36,509 nt of DNA from a virus. Below are positions 14,060-23,994 of the stretch, one piece after another. The notes beneath the pieces were generated by a model. The model made no database searches. It saw nothing but the letters and a program-made list of their open reading frames with translations, and was not told the DNA's origin. A program made the position numbers and the translations under genes. Within the stretch, counting starts at the first letter, position 1. Each line of letters starts with the position of its first letter. The stretch spans positions 1 to 36,509 of IMG/VR virus record IMGVR_UViG_3300045988_066620; one strand, written 5' to 3'.

Positions 14060-14719
14060 CTATTTCTTGATTTTTTCACGCAGTTTCTTGATGAATTTCT
14101 TGCCTGCAATGCCGTTCTGCTTGTAGCCCCACGCTTTCAGCCGTGCGTTGATAGCGGATACAGTGCCCTTGCCAATGACGGCATTATCGTCCAGCTTTGC
14201 ACCATCAAGGATTAGCAACTGTTTCAGGGCATACGACCCGTCTGTGCTTGCGCCTTTCTTATAGCCCTTGGCGTCAAGTGCGGGCGGATTGATAGCGTTC
14301 TGATTTTTCGGACGCAGAACGCCAAGAACATGGTTGTAATTGTGTTTGATTTTTGTACATGGATCGTTCCTGCCTGTCCAGTTCTGATCGTAGCTGTAGA
14401 AATATTTTGTGTTGCCTTCGCCTGTGGCTATGGCAACGTGACCGATACCGCCGTTCAAACTGCCGCCCCATACCACGATGTCACCCTTTTTCGGCACAAA
14501 CGACAGAGTGTTCTTTATTCTGGTAAAATAGCCCTTGACCGCCTGCCTGTCGAAATCTTCGTAAATCTGCCTAGCATACAGACCTGTGAACATACCGCAG
14601 CCGATAACATCACGGTTGTACTGGTTTGCCAGGTCAAAGCACTGTACATTATATGCTTTGTCAAAATCAATGCCCTTGCCTTTGTACTTTTTTACGAACT
14701 CGTCAAATGTCATTGCCAT
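14060..14719 (-). CDS. Endolysin: N-terminal CHAP amidase/peptidase + C-terminal peptidoglycan-binding-like domain
   Basis: Catalytic Cys context YNVQCFDLANQY and His context GIGHVAIA. The C-terminal IGKGTVSAINARLKAWGY resembles PG_binding_1. Follows the holin gene. Confidence 0.8.
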   Translation of the reverse strand: MAMTFDEFVKKYKGKGIDFDKAYNVQCFDLANQYNRDVIGCGMFTGLYARQIYEDFDRQAVKGYFTRIKNTLSFVPKKGDIVVWGGSLNGGIGHVAIATGEGNTKYFYSYDQNWTGRNDPCTKIKHNYNHVLGVLRPKNQNAINPPALDAKGYKKGASTDGSYALKQLLILDGAKLDDNAVIGKGTVSAINARLKAWGYKQNGIAGKKFIKKLREKIKK

Positions 14720-14721
14720 AG

Positions 14722-15099
14722 TTAGTCCTCCTTATCTTTAAAAACTCCGAATTTTTCCACAATCTTGTTTATCCAGTGCGCCTGTGGATTTATTTCACCA
14801 TAGTTTTCCAGTATGGAAACTATCTCCATGGCAAAAATATATCCGAAAACAACTAGTGCAGTTATAGTGCCTGCAATGCCTGCCAGCTCGCTGTGTCCGT
14901 AGTAGTGACCTAGCTGTTCAAAACCTATTTCCGAACCGATAGCCACGCCCATGACAACTATTTCGGCTAGTTTGTTCAGACCACCCTTGCGCATTTTCGA
15001 TGAACGGACGTCGCCTTTGCAATAGGCTTTTATCCAGCCTGTGGCAAAATCAGCCAGTGCAAGACCTATCACGATTATCAGCATGATTATGTATTTCAC
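14722..15099 (-). CDS. Holin (Phage_holin_4_1 / TcdE-like family)
   Basis: LALADFATGWIKAYCKGDVRSSKMRKGGLNKLAEIVV pattern and three hydrophobic segments. Lies directly upstream of the endolysin. GTG start overlaps the XkdX stop. Confidence 0.8.
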   Translation of the reverse strand: MKYIIMLIIVIGLALADFATGWIKAYCKGDVRSSKMRKGGLNKLAEIVVMGVAIGSEIGFEQLGHYYGHSELAGIAGTITALVVFGYIFAMEIVSILENYGEINPQAHWINKIVEKFGVFKDKED

Positions 15100-15239
15100 T
15101 TCACTACCTCGCTTTCATACTTCTCTCCTGTGATTTCCTCGTACTGCTCAGGGGTTATCTTCCCCCTGTCAGCAAAGTCCTTGACCTGTTCAGCGGTGTA
15201 CAACCCTAAATCGTACAAACGTTTGACTTTCTTATACAT
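15096..15239 (-). CDS. xkdX: XkdX-family small phage protein (47 aa)
   Basis: Hand-translated MYKKVKRLYDLGLYTAEQVKDFADRGKITPEQYEEITGEKYESEVVK. The LY..G..T.EQV...V..GKIT.EQY.EITGE pattern is characteristic of XkdX. Confidence 0.7.
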   Translation of the reverse strand: MYKKVKRLYDLGLYTAEQVKDFADRGKITPEQYEEITGEKYESEVVK

Positions 15240-15369
15240 CTTCCTTGTCCTCCTCAATCAGTGTGCCTGTCATAGCAGCTGTGTATAGCACTTGTGCCAT
15301 CATTTTGTCCTGCTCGGTCACTGTAGGTTTTTCAAAATCTTCGGTGGATAACCCTAGCTTCTCCACCAT
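15232..15369 (-). CDS. Possible small protein (45 aa, MVEKLGLSTEDFEKPTVTEQDK...)
   Basis: Hand-translated. Overlaps the XkdX start by 8 nt. No clear RBS. Confidence 0.4.
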   Translation of the reverse strand: MVEKLGLSTEDFEKPTVTEQDKMMAQVLYTAAMTGTLIEEDKEDV

Positions 15370-15412
15370 ATTTTTAGAATAACATTAGTTTATTATAGCC
15401 CTCTTTAGTTAA

Positions 15413-17899
15413 TTAAGAATTCTGCCAGCAGTTAATCTGATTGCATACCTCAAGACCCATTTTCTCATACCCTCCATTTGTAGGGTGAACGTTATCCCTT
15501 ATGTCAGTATCTGGATTCAAAATAAGATGGTTATATGAAACTCTAACTCTTGTAGTAGGATACAGTTCTTTCGCTTTTGTCGTAGCATAATCGCAATATC
15601 TAACAACCCTATTTCTGTACAAAGGCTCAAATACAGAGTGCTTCGACTGGTCAGCGTTAGGAGTCGTTGGAAGATTCAAGATAACTTTCACCGATGGATT
15701 AAACGCATGAATGCTATCAATCATAGCTTTGATGTTTTCCCATGTAGGTATGATTTTCGTATCATCAAAATTATACAAATCATTGACGCCAAGCTGAATT
15801 GCTACAAAATCAACAGACGAATAGTTATGATTTCTCATGTAGTAAGCAAAATCAAACGTCTGTGAAGATGGATTATAAAATGGATTAACAACACCGTCAT
15901 ATGTTTTGTTTGTGAAGTAATCAGATGTAGTCCATCCCGCACGACCTTCGTTATTGTTTCCAGTTCCTTTTCCATCCCCCAGAGTGCCAAGAAGTGTAAC
16001 GGTTTTGCCATTTTCTGTAAAGAAAGATTTGATTTTTGCGGTCATAACATCATGGTCTACCGTGCTATCTCCAATGCAAAGAAGCGAGCAATCCTGAAGG
16101 TTTAATGATTTGCAATTCCTTGCATATCCAGTTCCTGTGTTCGCTTCATTCTTCACGAGATTCAATAGCATGTCGTACAGATTCCACAAATATGCGTTGT
16201 TACCATAATATGAAGAGACATTAGAAAACGTATATTTTCCGTCATGTCTGTCTGCCTGTGAACCGCTGTACATGTTTACAAAAAATCCTTTAGGGGTTGC
16301 AAAGCTATCTGTATACCAACTTTCTTCAATTCCAACAGTCATAAAATATTCACTTTTTGGCAATGAACATCCGATGTTGTCAGTCAGCAATGACATTGTG
16401 TATTTTTTACTGTCAACATATTTAATAGTAGCGATTTTGCTACTTTCAATTATTTCATCTGTTAACTTTTTTGATGCACTTAAATAAGGTTCGTATATAG
16501 TAGGTGCGCCATCATCAGTCAGTTCGACCATCGAATCAACATCTAAAAAATAGGACTTATTAAGTGTAATCCTAACGAATGCTACACCGTTTGGAATAGT
16601 ACAAGTAGTCTTATTGTAGTCTCCACCGCTTTTTACGTTTTTATCTGCATCAAACATGCAAATTGATACATAACTGCTCTGTATGAATTTACCAGAAGAT
16701 ACCAAATAACGAGATAAAGTAACAACTTTGCCAGATTCAACTGGAATATAATCTGTGACAAAATTATTTCCATACGTTTCTGTGTTTCCATTCGGATTGA
16801 TATAGTTGTACGGAGAAGTTGTAACCTTTGTCTTATCAAGAAGATTTTTTGATTTAACATTAGTCAACAAATCATCTATGTCTTCCTTTAGCTGACTAAC
16901 ATTACTATTTGTATTATTAATTTCTGTTTTAGTTGCAAATGTACTATCGGCTAATTCTTTAGTATAATAATTAGAAGTTAAATTATTATATTCAGTATCT
17001 AACTTTGTAGCAGTATTAGATATCTCTATATATTTAGCATCAATATCTGTTTTAGCCTCATCAATGGCTGTTTTGTCTTCTGCTACCTTAGCGGCGTTTT
17101 CTACCACTGTAGCCTTGTCGGCTGTCACCTGTTCTGCCAACGTCTGCACCGCCTGTCTGTCTGCTGCAGTGCTGTCAGCATTGGTCTTGGCAGTTTTAGC
17201 GTAGCCTGCTGTTATGTTCTTGTCGGCTGTGGTCTGTTGTGCTGCCGTTGATGCCTGGGCTGCGGATACCTTTGCGGCGTTCTGTGCAGTGACCGCCTGC
17301 TGACATGCGGTTTCTGCGCCCTGCATAGCGGCTTCTGCCTGCGTTGCGGACGTTTCTGCAGATGCCTGTGCGGTTTCCGCACGGCTTGCCGCCTGTTCTG
17401 CCGTATCGGCTGATTTCTCTGCGTTTGTGGCAGATTTTTTTGCATTTTCAGCCGCTGTTGTCGCTGTATCTGCGGCGGTGACGGCTGTCTGCATATCTGC
17501 GTGCACCTGTCTGCCTATGGCGTCTATGCGGTCTAGTGCGTCCATAGCCACATCAGGCGACGGTACTGCATTATCTCCTATAGCCGCACCTATTCTCAGG
17601 CGGAATATGCGTGACTTCTTCACCAGCACATATTCATCACCTGACAGCTTCTTCGCCGCTATCTGGCACGATACTGTCTGCGCTGAACGCAGTATATCTG
17701 CTGTTGGCGTCCACTGTCCGCCTGTGATATCAACCTCATACTGAACGCCGTCGCCGTAGTCGATAGTCAGCACATAGCGGTCTGCTCCGTCTATCTCCAT
17801 GCCCTCGACCGATACAGGACGGGCATTAGTTTCACCAATGTAGCCCAAAAGGGCGGTTGATGTCATTGCGTTGTAATTTTCGTCTAGTCTGATTACCAT
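15413..17899 (-). CDS. Tail fibre / receptor-binding protein: BppU-like N-terminus, Ala/Thr/Gln-rich coiled coil, C-terminal SGNH (GDSL) hydrolase domain
   Basis: SGNH blocks in order: LCIGDSTVDH (block I), EGRAGW (block II Gly), QLGVNDLY (block III GxND), DNVHPTNGGY (block V DxxH). Lies downstream of Tal. Confidence 0.75.
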   Translation of the reverse strand: MVIRLDENYNAMTSTALLGYIGETNARPVSVEGMEIDGADRYVLTIDYGDGVQYEVDITGGQWTPTADILRSAQTVSCQIAAKKLSGDEYVLVKKSRIFRLRIGAAIGDNAVPSPDVAMDALDRIDAIGRQVHADMQTAVTAADTATTAAENAKKSATNAEKSADTAEQAASRAETAQASAETSATQAEAAMQGAETACQQAVTAQNAAKVSAAQASTAAQQTTADKNITAGYAKTAKTNADSTAADRQAVQTLAEQVTADKATVVENAAKVAEDKTAIDEAKTDIDAKYIEISNTATKLDTEYNNLTSNYYTKELADSTFATKTEINNTNSNVSQLKEDIDDLLTNVKSKNLLDKTKVTTSPYNYINPNGNTETYGNNFVTDYIPVESGKVVTLSRYLVSSGKFIQSSYVSICMFDADKNVKSGGDYNKTTCTIPNGVAFVRITLNKSYFLDVDSMVELTDDGAPTIYEPYLSASKKLTDEIIESSKIATIKYVDSKKYTMSLLTDNIGCSLPKSEYFMTVGIEESWYTDSFATPKGFFVNMYSGSQADRHDGKYTFSNVSSYYGNNAYLWNLYDMLLNLVKNEANTGTGYARNCKSLNLQDCSLLCIGDSTVDHDVMTAKIKSFFTENGKTVTLLGTLGDGKGTGNNNEGRAGWTTSDYFTNKTYDGVVNPFYNPSSQTFDFAYYMRNHNYSSVDFVAIQLGVNDLYNFDDTKIIPTWENIKAMIDSIHAFNPSVKVILNLPTTPNADQSKHSVFEPLYRNRVVRYCDYATTKAKELYPTTRVRVSYNHLILNPDTDIRDNVHPTNGGYEKMGLEVCNQINCWQNS

Positions 17900-17910
17900 T
17901 TCTGCACCCC

Positions 17911-18309
17911 CTATACGATTGCTATGTAGTCAATGCTATACGTTCCTGCAGGCACGTTGACAGTAGTTGCGCCATTGCTAGGACCCATGCAGATTACTGC
18001 AAAATATGCGCCCTTGTACACCTGCACATGGGTGCAGTAGTTCTGAAATGGGCTAGGTGTGCCGATATCCCTCAGCGACACACATATCTGCTTTGGCACA
18101 AAATCCAAATTCAACGGTATCTGCACGCTTGAAGCTGCCTTTTCCAACGTGTATTCAATCGTGCCGCTTTTGATTTTATTCTGATTCAGGTCATTTACTG
18201 CCTGCTCTGTTGCCGTCAGTGCGTCAACCAACGCCTGACGAACATCACGGCCGTAAAATGCGTTTCTGACAGTTTCGATTGCTGCTGCCAAATCAACGTT
18301 ATTTGCCAT
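17911..18309 (-). CDS. Hypothetical tail-associated protein (132 aa)
   Basis: AGGAGGG RBS. Assigned by its position between Tal and the fibre. Confidence 0.7.
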   Translation of the reverse strand: MANNVDLAAAIETVRNAFYGRDVRQALVDALTATEQAVNDLNQNKIKSGTIEYTLEKAASSVQIPLNLDFVPKQICVSLRDIGTPSPFQNYCTHVQVYKGAYFAVICMGPSNGATTVNVPAGTYSIDYIAIV

Positions 18310-18319
18310 TTTATCCCTC

Positions 18320-20194
18320 CTAGTCTAGTGTGTGGTTTTTCGTGGTAACGCTGTTACACATGATATCACCTGTTTTGCCGTAGCACTGCACTGCGGTTTT
18401 TTCATTTTCGTTGTACAGATACATTGCCCTGTTATTAGTATCAACCGTAAACACCTTTTTGCCGTTGTCCGTATATGTTGATATGTTACCACTGTTTGTG
18501 TCCAACGAAAATTTCAGTTCGTCATTCCAGTAGCCTGACATAGCACCAGCCTGCAGGACGATATGACCGCCGATTGTGCTGTTGTCAATGCGTATCTCCA
18601 GCGGACTGACTTTCAGCGTCCATTCGTTATGGGATAACTGAATTACACTGGTATTCTGGCTAGACGTTTTTATATTTATCGTTCCGCCTGTGATAGTTGC
18701 CGATTTCGACGACAGCCTATTGGCGATAACGTTACCGTTCTCGTCCACCTTGAACGTTCCGCTGCCGTTGTTGATTTTCAACCCTGTCAGGGTCAGGGCG
18801 GTTATAAAACTAGCCACCAAATTTCCGTCGATAGTCCACGCATTTGTGTACGGTCCGTCTTTTGCAGAACCGCCGTCGGACGATTTCCAAAAACCTAGTC
18901 CGTTTTTGTTCAGCTGAATGCAGGATTTACAGGTATTTATATCAGCCGTATCCATAATCAGAATGCGCTCTGGCTTTTCTGACGGGTCAAGAATGACGTG
19001 TCCGCCCTCTGCGCCCGTAATCAGTTTTGTGGCATTTTCAATTTTGCTGTCTATCACCTGACGATTTCTGAATTCGCTATCATCAATAGCGGTCTGCAGG
19101 CTCTTTGTTTTGGCGGTCATAAATCCTGTCATGGTCTCAAATTTGTCACCAAATGTCAACTCGGATTGCTCAGGGTTGTCAAGGTTGATAGTAATGCCGA
19201 TTATGCGTAAATCTTCGTCAATTCCCATAAGAGGGTTGACCACACGATACCAGCAACCTAGCTCAAACTGTTCAAAATTCATGTCAATTGTTGACAAATC
19301 AACCGCAGTTATTTTATACTGCTTTTTGGCTTTGTTTGCACTTTTCAGGAATGCTGTAGCTTTTGTCTTCAAAATTGACGCCTGTGTTACGTCGTCCCAC
19401 GTTTGTGTACCGCTGATTACGCCATACTTAGCGACCAACGCACTGTCTTCTATGTAGTCTTTGCCACTGTTCACAGTGCCAATCGTCAGCCTTTTCTCGC
19501 TATCGGTCAGCTTTGCACCCAGTGGATATAGCCGTGTAATAACGCTCGTTTCGTCCACTTCACGGCTGATAGTTTTGAGATTTACTGCCAGTTCTATTTT
19601 TGTGTCTGTGCCGTGTCCGATATGTTCCAGATAGTCTATATACACTTTGCCGTCTTGGTCTCTCAGCTGTATTTCACCGCCGAATTTTCCGACCAGTTGT
19701 TCAGATATTGCGTCCATAGTCGATACCCAGTTGACAGAATATGTGTAATTATTTTCAGCCGTTACAGTGACCTGCCCGACCGATATGTGTTTGTCGTCAC
19801 CGACCTGCGCATTGTGTTTGGAAATGAATGACGCTAGTACTGTACGAACGCCTACCATTTTGTATTCAATATATGGCTGAACGCTGTCATATAGCCAACC
19901 TAAACGCCCCTCGCAGGTAACAGTTTTGCAAATCAGACCTTGCTCGTCCATGCTGTCAGGACATTTCAGCACACGTCCGATAAAAACGTTTTTGCCTGTG
20001 TTGTCGTCCGTGACAGTGACCGATGTTGTCAGTGGTTTCAGTTTGTCATATCCTGCATTGTCAGGGTATATGGTAAACGTAAAACTGTCAACGGCATTGA
20101 CAGCCTTGACGATTTTTCCACCCGAAATGCGGTCAAGGTTATCACTATGTATCGTGGTTTTTTCTGTGCCGTTTGTGATAGTGACAGTATGCAT
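18320..20194 (-). CDS. Tail-associated lysin-like / tail tip protein (Tal; 'phage minor structural protein, N-terminal region' type)
   Basis: Follows Dit and TMP. The N-terminus ITNGTEKTTIH...SGGKIVKAVNAVDSFTFTIYPDN is typical of siphoviral Tal N-domains. Confidence 0.7.
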   Translation of the reverse strand: MHTVTITNGTEKTTIHSDNLDRISGGKIVKAVNAVDSFTFTIYPDNAGYDKLKPLTTSVTVTDDNTGKNVFIGRVLKCPDSMDEQGLICKTVTCEGRLGWLYDSVQPYIEYKMVGVRTVLASFISKHNAQVGDDKHISVGQVTVTAENNYTYSVNWVSTMDAISEQLVGKFGGEIQLRDQDGKVYIDYLEHIGHGTDTKIELAVNLKTISREVDETSVITRLYPLGAKLTDSEKRLTIGTVNSGKDYIEDSALVAKYGVISGTQTWDDVTQASILKTKATAFLKSANKAKKQYKITAVDLSTIDMNFEQFELGCWYRVVNPLMGIDEDLRIIGITINLDNPEQSELTFGDKFETMTGFMTAKTKSLQTAIDDSEFRNRQVIDSKIENATKLITGAEGGHVILDPSEKPERILIMDTADINTCKSCIQLNKNGLGFWKSSDGGSAKDGPYTNAWTIDGNLVASFITALTLTGLKINNGSGTFKVDENGNVIANRLSSKSATITGGTINIKTSSQNTSVIQLSHNEWTLKVSPLEIRIDNSTIGGHIVLQAGAMSGYWNDELKFSLDTNSGNISTYTDNGKKVFTVDTNNRAMYLYNENEKTAVQCYGKTGDIMCNSVTTKNHTLD

Positions 20195-20953
20195 TTATAA
20201 CACCTCCTCATGTAGATTCAGCGTGAGCGACCCGAAGCCATACGCTGACAAAGTATTCAAACCTGGTTGTAAAATTAGTTCGTCCATATCGAATGGTTTT
20301 TCTGTCGGTCTGTACACTTTTTCAGAAATATCAACGTTGTTGTTTTGAAAATGTGTGAATCCTACCTTGTCGATATCATCAACAGACCGCCTATATATCA
20401 GACGTGGTTTTATCGGTACGTCCGAATACAAATAGACTTTTAGAACGCCCATAGGGGCGTGTGGAGCCATTTCAATAGCCGTCAGTGTCATGCCCGTAAG
20501 ATTTAGATAGTCGTTTTCAAAACTGAAATTGTCAAATCCCTTGTCAGAAAAATCATCAGATATCTTGTACGGCTGTGCTTTGAACGTTGCCGTTACCTCA
20601 ACATGATAACCTTTTTCAATTTCAGCGCAGCTAATTGCTCTTACCTTATAATGGTAAATTTCGGCATCGTCATACAGGTCACATTCGCCAGCCGACAAAA
20701 TCCAGTTCTCGAAATCTGCCACTGTTTTCCGCAGGGCGGTTTTCGGACAGCCCATAAACACGAATTTATACGTCAGCGTCCGTGTATCATAGGTAGGTTT
20801 ACCGCCATTCTGATATGTGAAACATATGTCGCCATTGCGGTATGGTATAGTAGCCGATATATCCCTGATACTTGGCGGCGGTGTACTGCGTGATGTCAGC
20901 AACGCTCCAAAATCGGTATAGGAATTTTTACCATTTATCGTTATACTAGACAT
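20195..20953 (-). CDS. Distal tail protein (Dit)
   Basis: MSSITINGKNSYTDFGALL... Sipho_tail-like N-terminus. Lies immediately after the tape measure gene. Start moved to the ATG at 20953. Confidence 0.7.
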   Translation of the reverse strand: MSSITINGKNSYTDFGALLTSRSTPPPSIRDISATIPYRNGDICFTYQNGGKPTYDTRTLTYKFVFMGCPKTALRKTVADFENWILSAGECDLYDDAEIYHYKVRAISCAEIEKGYHVEVTATFKAQPYKISDDFSDKGFDNFSFENDYLNLTGMTLTAIEMAPHAPMGVLKVYLYSDVPIKPRLIYRRSVDDIDKVGFTHFQNNNVDISEKVYRPTEKPFDMDELILQPGLNTLSAYGFGSLTLNLHEEVL

Positions 20954-23339
20954 TGTCAGCCACCCTCCTAGCATTTAGATTGATTTTTTCAGCCATAGCA
21001 ACGTCCATGTATGGCGCTGTCACTGTGGCGAAACGTTTTCCGTCGATGTTCATAACCACTGTCAAATCACCGTTCTTGCCGTGTTGTGTGGTGCTGTCGG
21101 CTTCGGTTGATATTTTGTCAGCCGTTTTTCTTGCGGTCTGTCTGCCTATCATGACAGGATCCATTTCAGCCGATACACCTGCAACGCTGTCAACGATAGC
21201 CTGTGCCTCGTCAACTGGTTCGTCTGCAGTGTCTTCCATACCGACCGCAATTCCTGACGGCAGATACTGACCGACCTTTTTCGCCATGACCCTTGAAGGC
21301 GAATGGATATCGAAGAAATCGCAAAATCCGTCTATAATGGCACTGCCTACGTCTTCCACTACGCTCCAAATTCCGCTGACGGCAGAAACTAAACCGTTCA
21401 AAATGCCCTTGAGGATATTTGCACCCAAATCCAGCCAGTCAACGTCTTTGAATCCGTCTATGATAGCGCTGATTATATCAGGCAGTGCGTCTATGATAGC
21501 AGGAATTGCAGTCGGAAAGCCTTTTGCCAACGCAACTATCAATTCCATACCTGCCTTGACCAGCGCAGGCAGATTTTCGGTCAACGAATCTGTTATAACA
21601 GGTATCAACGCTATTATTGCGTCAATCAAATCGGGCGTACATTTAGTCAGACCTGTTATCAATCCTGTTAATAGCTGGAAACCGCCCTCGATAATTGCTG
21701 GCAGATTTTCAATCAGCGTGTCAGTTATTTGTTTTATCAAACTAGGTAACATCGGCATTAACTGTCCGATAACATCATTTAGTCCGTCAATCAGACCTAA
21801 AAACAGCGTGATTGCGCCCTGCACCAGTTCAGGCACTAGCGTAGGAATAGTTGAAACCAGTGCATTTATCAATCCAAAAAAGCCGTTAAGCAGTGACGGC
21901 AGAATTGAGTTGATTAGTGACGGGGCTGATTGTGCTAGCGATTGAATAATAGATGTTAAAACTGTGGTTGCCGCTGTGATTAGTGTAGGTGCGTTTTCAG
22001 CTAGCGTTTCTGACGCAGAACTGAACAGCCCAGATATAACAATCGGGATTTGTTCGGTCAAGCCGTCAAGACCGCCACTGTCATATGCGTCTAGCAAACT
22101 AGAAACGCCGTCAAACAGTTTGGTGAAACCGCCTGACAATTTCTGAACAGCTGGCAACGATTTTGTCAGAAAATCTGCCGCCATTCCCTTTGCGCCAGCC
22201 ATAACAGGCGTGAACGCAGTTCCCAAAGACGCAAGGGCGTCCTGCAATTCAAAACTAGCACGTTCATAGTCCAGCGTTGATTTATTTGCAGATTGGTATT
22301 CGTCGTTGATTTCCGACAGACCCGAATTTGCCAACCAGTCTAGGGCATACTGCTGACGTTCTGCCTCTGACGTGCAGTTCTGTAGACCCGCATTAAAATC
22401 GTCAACGCTATCACCCATACGCCCGATAAGCTCTGAAAACTGACCTGTCGCAGCACCTGTGGCAAGGGTTTCCTGCAAGCTGTCTGAAAGGCTCTCAATT
22501 TTCAAGGTATCAGGGAATTTTTCAACCGCTCCGCTGAGTGCATTTATAGCAGGCGTCATTTGTTCATCGCTGAAACCAACAGCCATAAGGTTTGATAACG
22601 CTTCAATGCTCGAATCGGATTCGCCCGTGATAGCTATCAAATCTTGCATTTTTGATTTCATAAAATCAAAATTGTTGCCGCTGGTTTCGGCGTTTGTTTT
22701 CAGTTTGGTCATATCGCTGTTCCACTCACGGCTTGCTTCAACGTTTGCCGCAAGTGCCGTTGTTACAGCTGCAAGACCAACACCTATGGTCTGCGTGTAT
22801 TTTTTGAACCCATCAGCCGCCTTGCCTATCATAGCCGTGTCTATCTTGCCTAGCGTTGCCGTGAATTTTACGGCTTTGCTTGTCGCACCGCCTATGGCAG
22901 AACCGACTTTTTCAACCTTTTTTATGACAGGTTCGACCTTGTCTTTGGCTTCTTTGAACGCTGTGCCGATAGCATTGACATTTTTCTTTTCATCTTTCAG
23001 ACTTGACAGCTTTGACTTTGTCGTTTCCAACTCACGCTGAAACGCACGATACTGTCCTGCGTCTATCTCGCCCTTTTTATACTGTGCTGTGACCTGCGAT
23101 TGCGCTTCTTTCAGCACGTCCAACTTGGATTTTGTTTCCTTGATACTGTCTTTCAGCAGGTCTTGTTTTTGTTTTACCAGCGTGACGTTGTTCGGGTCTA
23201 GCTTCAGGGCTTTATCGACCGCTTTCAATTCGCTCTCCAGCTCACGGCTCTTCTTGTTCGTTTCTTTCAGTGCCTTGTCAAGACCTGTGGTGTCACCGCC
23301 TATTTTGATAGTAATACCTTTTATGCTACTTTTTGCCAC
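20946..23339 (-). CDS. Tail tape measure protein (797 aa)
   Basis: Long ORF after the G/GT chaperones. N-terminal coiled coil and a long hydrophobic Gly/Ala/Leu/Ile-rich repetitive central region. Confidence 0.9.
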   Translation of the reverse strand: MAKSSIKGITIKIGGDTTGLDKALKETNKKSRELESELKAVDKALKLDPNNVTLVKQKQDLLKDSIKETKSKLDVLKEAQSQVTAQYKKGEIDAGQYRAFQRELETTKSKLSSLKDEKKNVNAIGTAFKEAKDKVEPVIKKVEKVGSAIGGATSKAVKFTATLGKIDTAMIGKAADGFKKYTQTIGVGLAAVTTALAANVEASREWNSDMTKLKTNAETSGNNFDFMKSKMQDLIAITGESDSSIEALSNLMAVGFSDEQMTPAINALSGAVEKFPDTLKIESLSDSLQETLATGAATGQFSELIGRMGDSVDDFNAGLQNCTSEAERQQYALDWLANSGLSEINDEYQSANKSTLDYERASFELQDALASLGTAFTPVMAGAKGMAADFLTKSLPAVQKLSGGFTKLFDGVSSLLDAYDSGGLDGLTEQIPIVISGLFSSASETLAENAPTLITAATTVLTSIIQSLAQSAPSLINSILPSLLNGFFGLINALVSTIPTLVPELVQGAITLFLGLIDGLNDVIGQLMPMLPSLIKQITDTLIENLPAIIEGGFQLLTGLITGLTKCTPDLIDAIIALIPVITDSLTENLPALVKAGMELIVALAKGFPTAIPAIIDALPDIISAIIDGFKDVDWLDLGANILKGILNGLVSAVSGIWSVVEDVGSAIIDGFCDFFDIHSPSRVMAKKVGQYLPSGIAVGMEDTADEPVDEAQAIVDSVAGVSAEMDPVMIGRQTARKTADKISTEADSTTQHGKNGDLTVVMNIDGKRFATVTAPYMDVAMAEKINLNARRVADNV

Positions 23340-23625
23340 CTATCATTCCCCCCTTTCCGAAATTTTCTCTCAAAGCCTGTCGGTCAGGCTTCGTCAGGGT
23401 CAGCCTATATGCGTTGTCAAGATATTCCTGACCGCTCTCACTCTGCCTGAGCCGTGCGATAAAAGCATCACGACGTATCAGCAGATAATCATAGTAGTCC
23501 ATATCATCAACATCATATAGCGATATACCCATATAGTCCGCAACCAGTTTTTCCCACGTTGAGGAAATTTCATATTTTTCCCCCTCCCTATCCTGCGGTG
23601 GATAGTAGGGGAGTGCTAGTTTTTT
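23326..23625 (-). CDS. -1 frame extension of the tail assembly chaperone (the 'T' part of the G-T fusion)
   Basis: The ORF in the -1 frame overlaps the end of the G ORF and reads ...KKLALPYYPPQD from the slippery site onward. It has no independent RBS. Confidence 0.7.
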   Translation of the reverse strand, partial: KKLALPYYPPQDREGEKYEISSTWEKLVADYMGISLYDVDDMDYYDYLLIRRDAFIARLRQSESGQEYLDNAYRLTLTKPDRQALRENFGKGGMIGGKK

Positions 23626-23930
23626 GAATTTTTGATTTCCAGCAGATAGTCGATATATGTGCGGTAGAATGTTTGAATGTCGTAGATATCCCAATCAGCA
23701 AGTGTTTCAGCCGTTATCGGTATCTTTGCGTTGTTGTGTGACATCAGCTTTGCGCACATTTCAATTGCTTCGTCCAACTTGTTGCCGCCAAGCTTTGCGG
23801 ATATTTCCCCGAACGCTTCAATCTCGCCCTTTGTGGGTGGCATAACAAAAATCGTGGTATGCTTTTCATCAGCCAGCTCGATACGCAGGCTAGGTTTTTG
23901 CATTTTATTGAAATTCAACGTCTTTGGCAT
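23616..23930 (-). CDS. Tail assembly chaperone (gpG analogue, 104 aa from MPKTLNF...)
   Basis: Lies between the major tail and tape measure genes. ATG at 23930 has a GGAGG 11 nt upstream. Confidence 0.75.
   Translation of the reverse strand: MPKTLNFNKMQKPSLRIELADEKHTTIFVMPPTKGEIEAFGEISAKLGGNKLDEAIEMCAKLMSHNNAKIPITAETLADWDIYDIQTFYRTYIDYLLEIKNSKN
23619..23625 (-). promoter_or_regulatory. Programmed -1 ribosomal frameshift slippery heptamer A_AAA_AAC
   Basis: The minus strand reads ...AAT TCA AAA AAC TAG. Slipping -1 gives AAA AAA CTA GCA..., the start of the overlapping ORF. Confidence 0.7.
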
Positions 23931-23945
23931 TTTTCTGTATACCTC

Positions 23946-23982
23946 CAAAAAAACAGCCCACTGAAAATCTCAGCAGGCTGTG
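23946..23982 (-). terminator. Intrinsic (probably leaky) terminator after the major tail protein gene
   Basis: The minus strand reads ACAGCCTGCTGAgattTTCAGTGGGCTGT followed by TTTTTTT. Confidence 0.6.
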
Positions 23983-23994
23983 TATTTGTGTTGC

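Noticed and set aside
20953-23520. Plus-strand ORFs inside the tape measure gene (20953..21270, 21286..21945, 22459..23040, 23089..23520)
   Set aside because: These are antisense shadow ORFs of a long, compositionally biased gene. They have no RBS and are Ser/Ile/Ala-rich low-complexity translations. The same applies to other plus-strand ORFs inside minus-strand genes, for example 388..1077 and 2712..3185.
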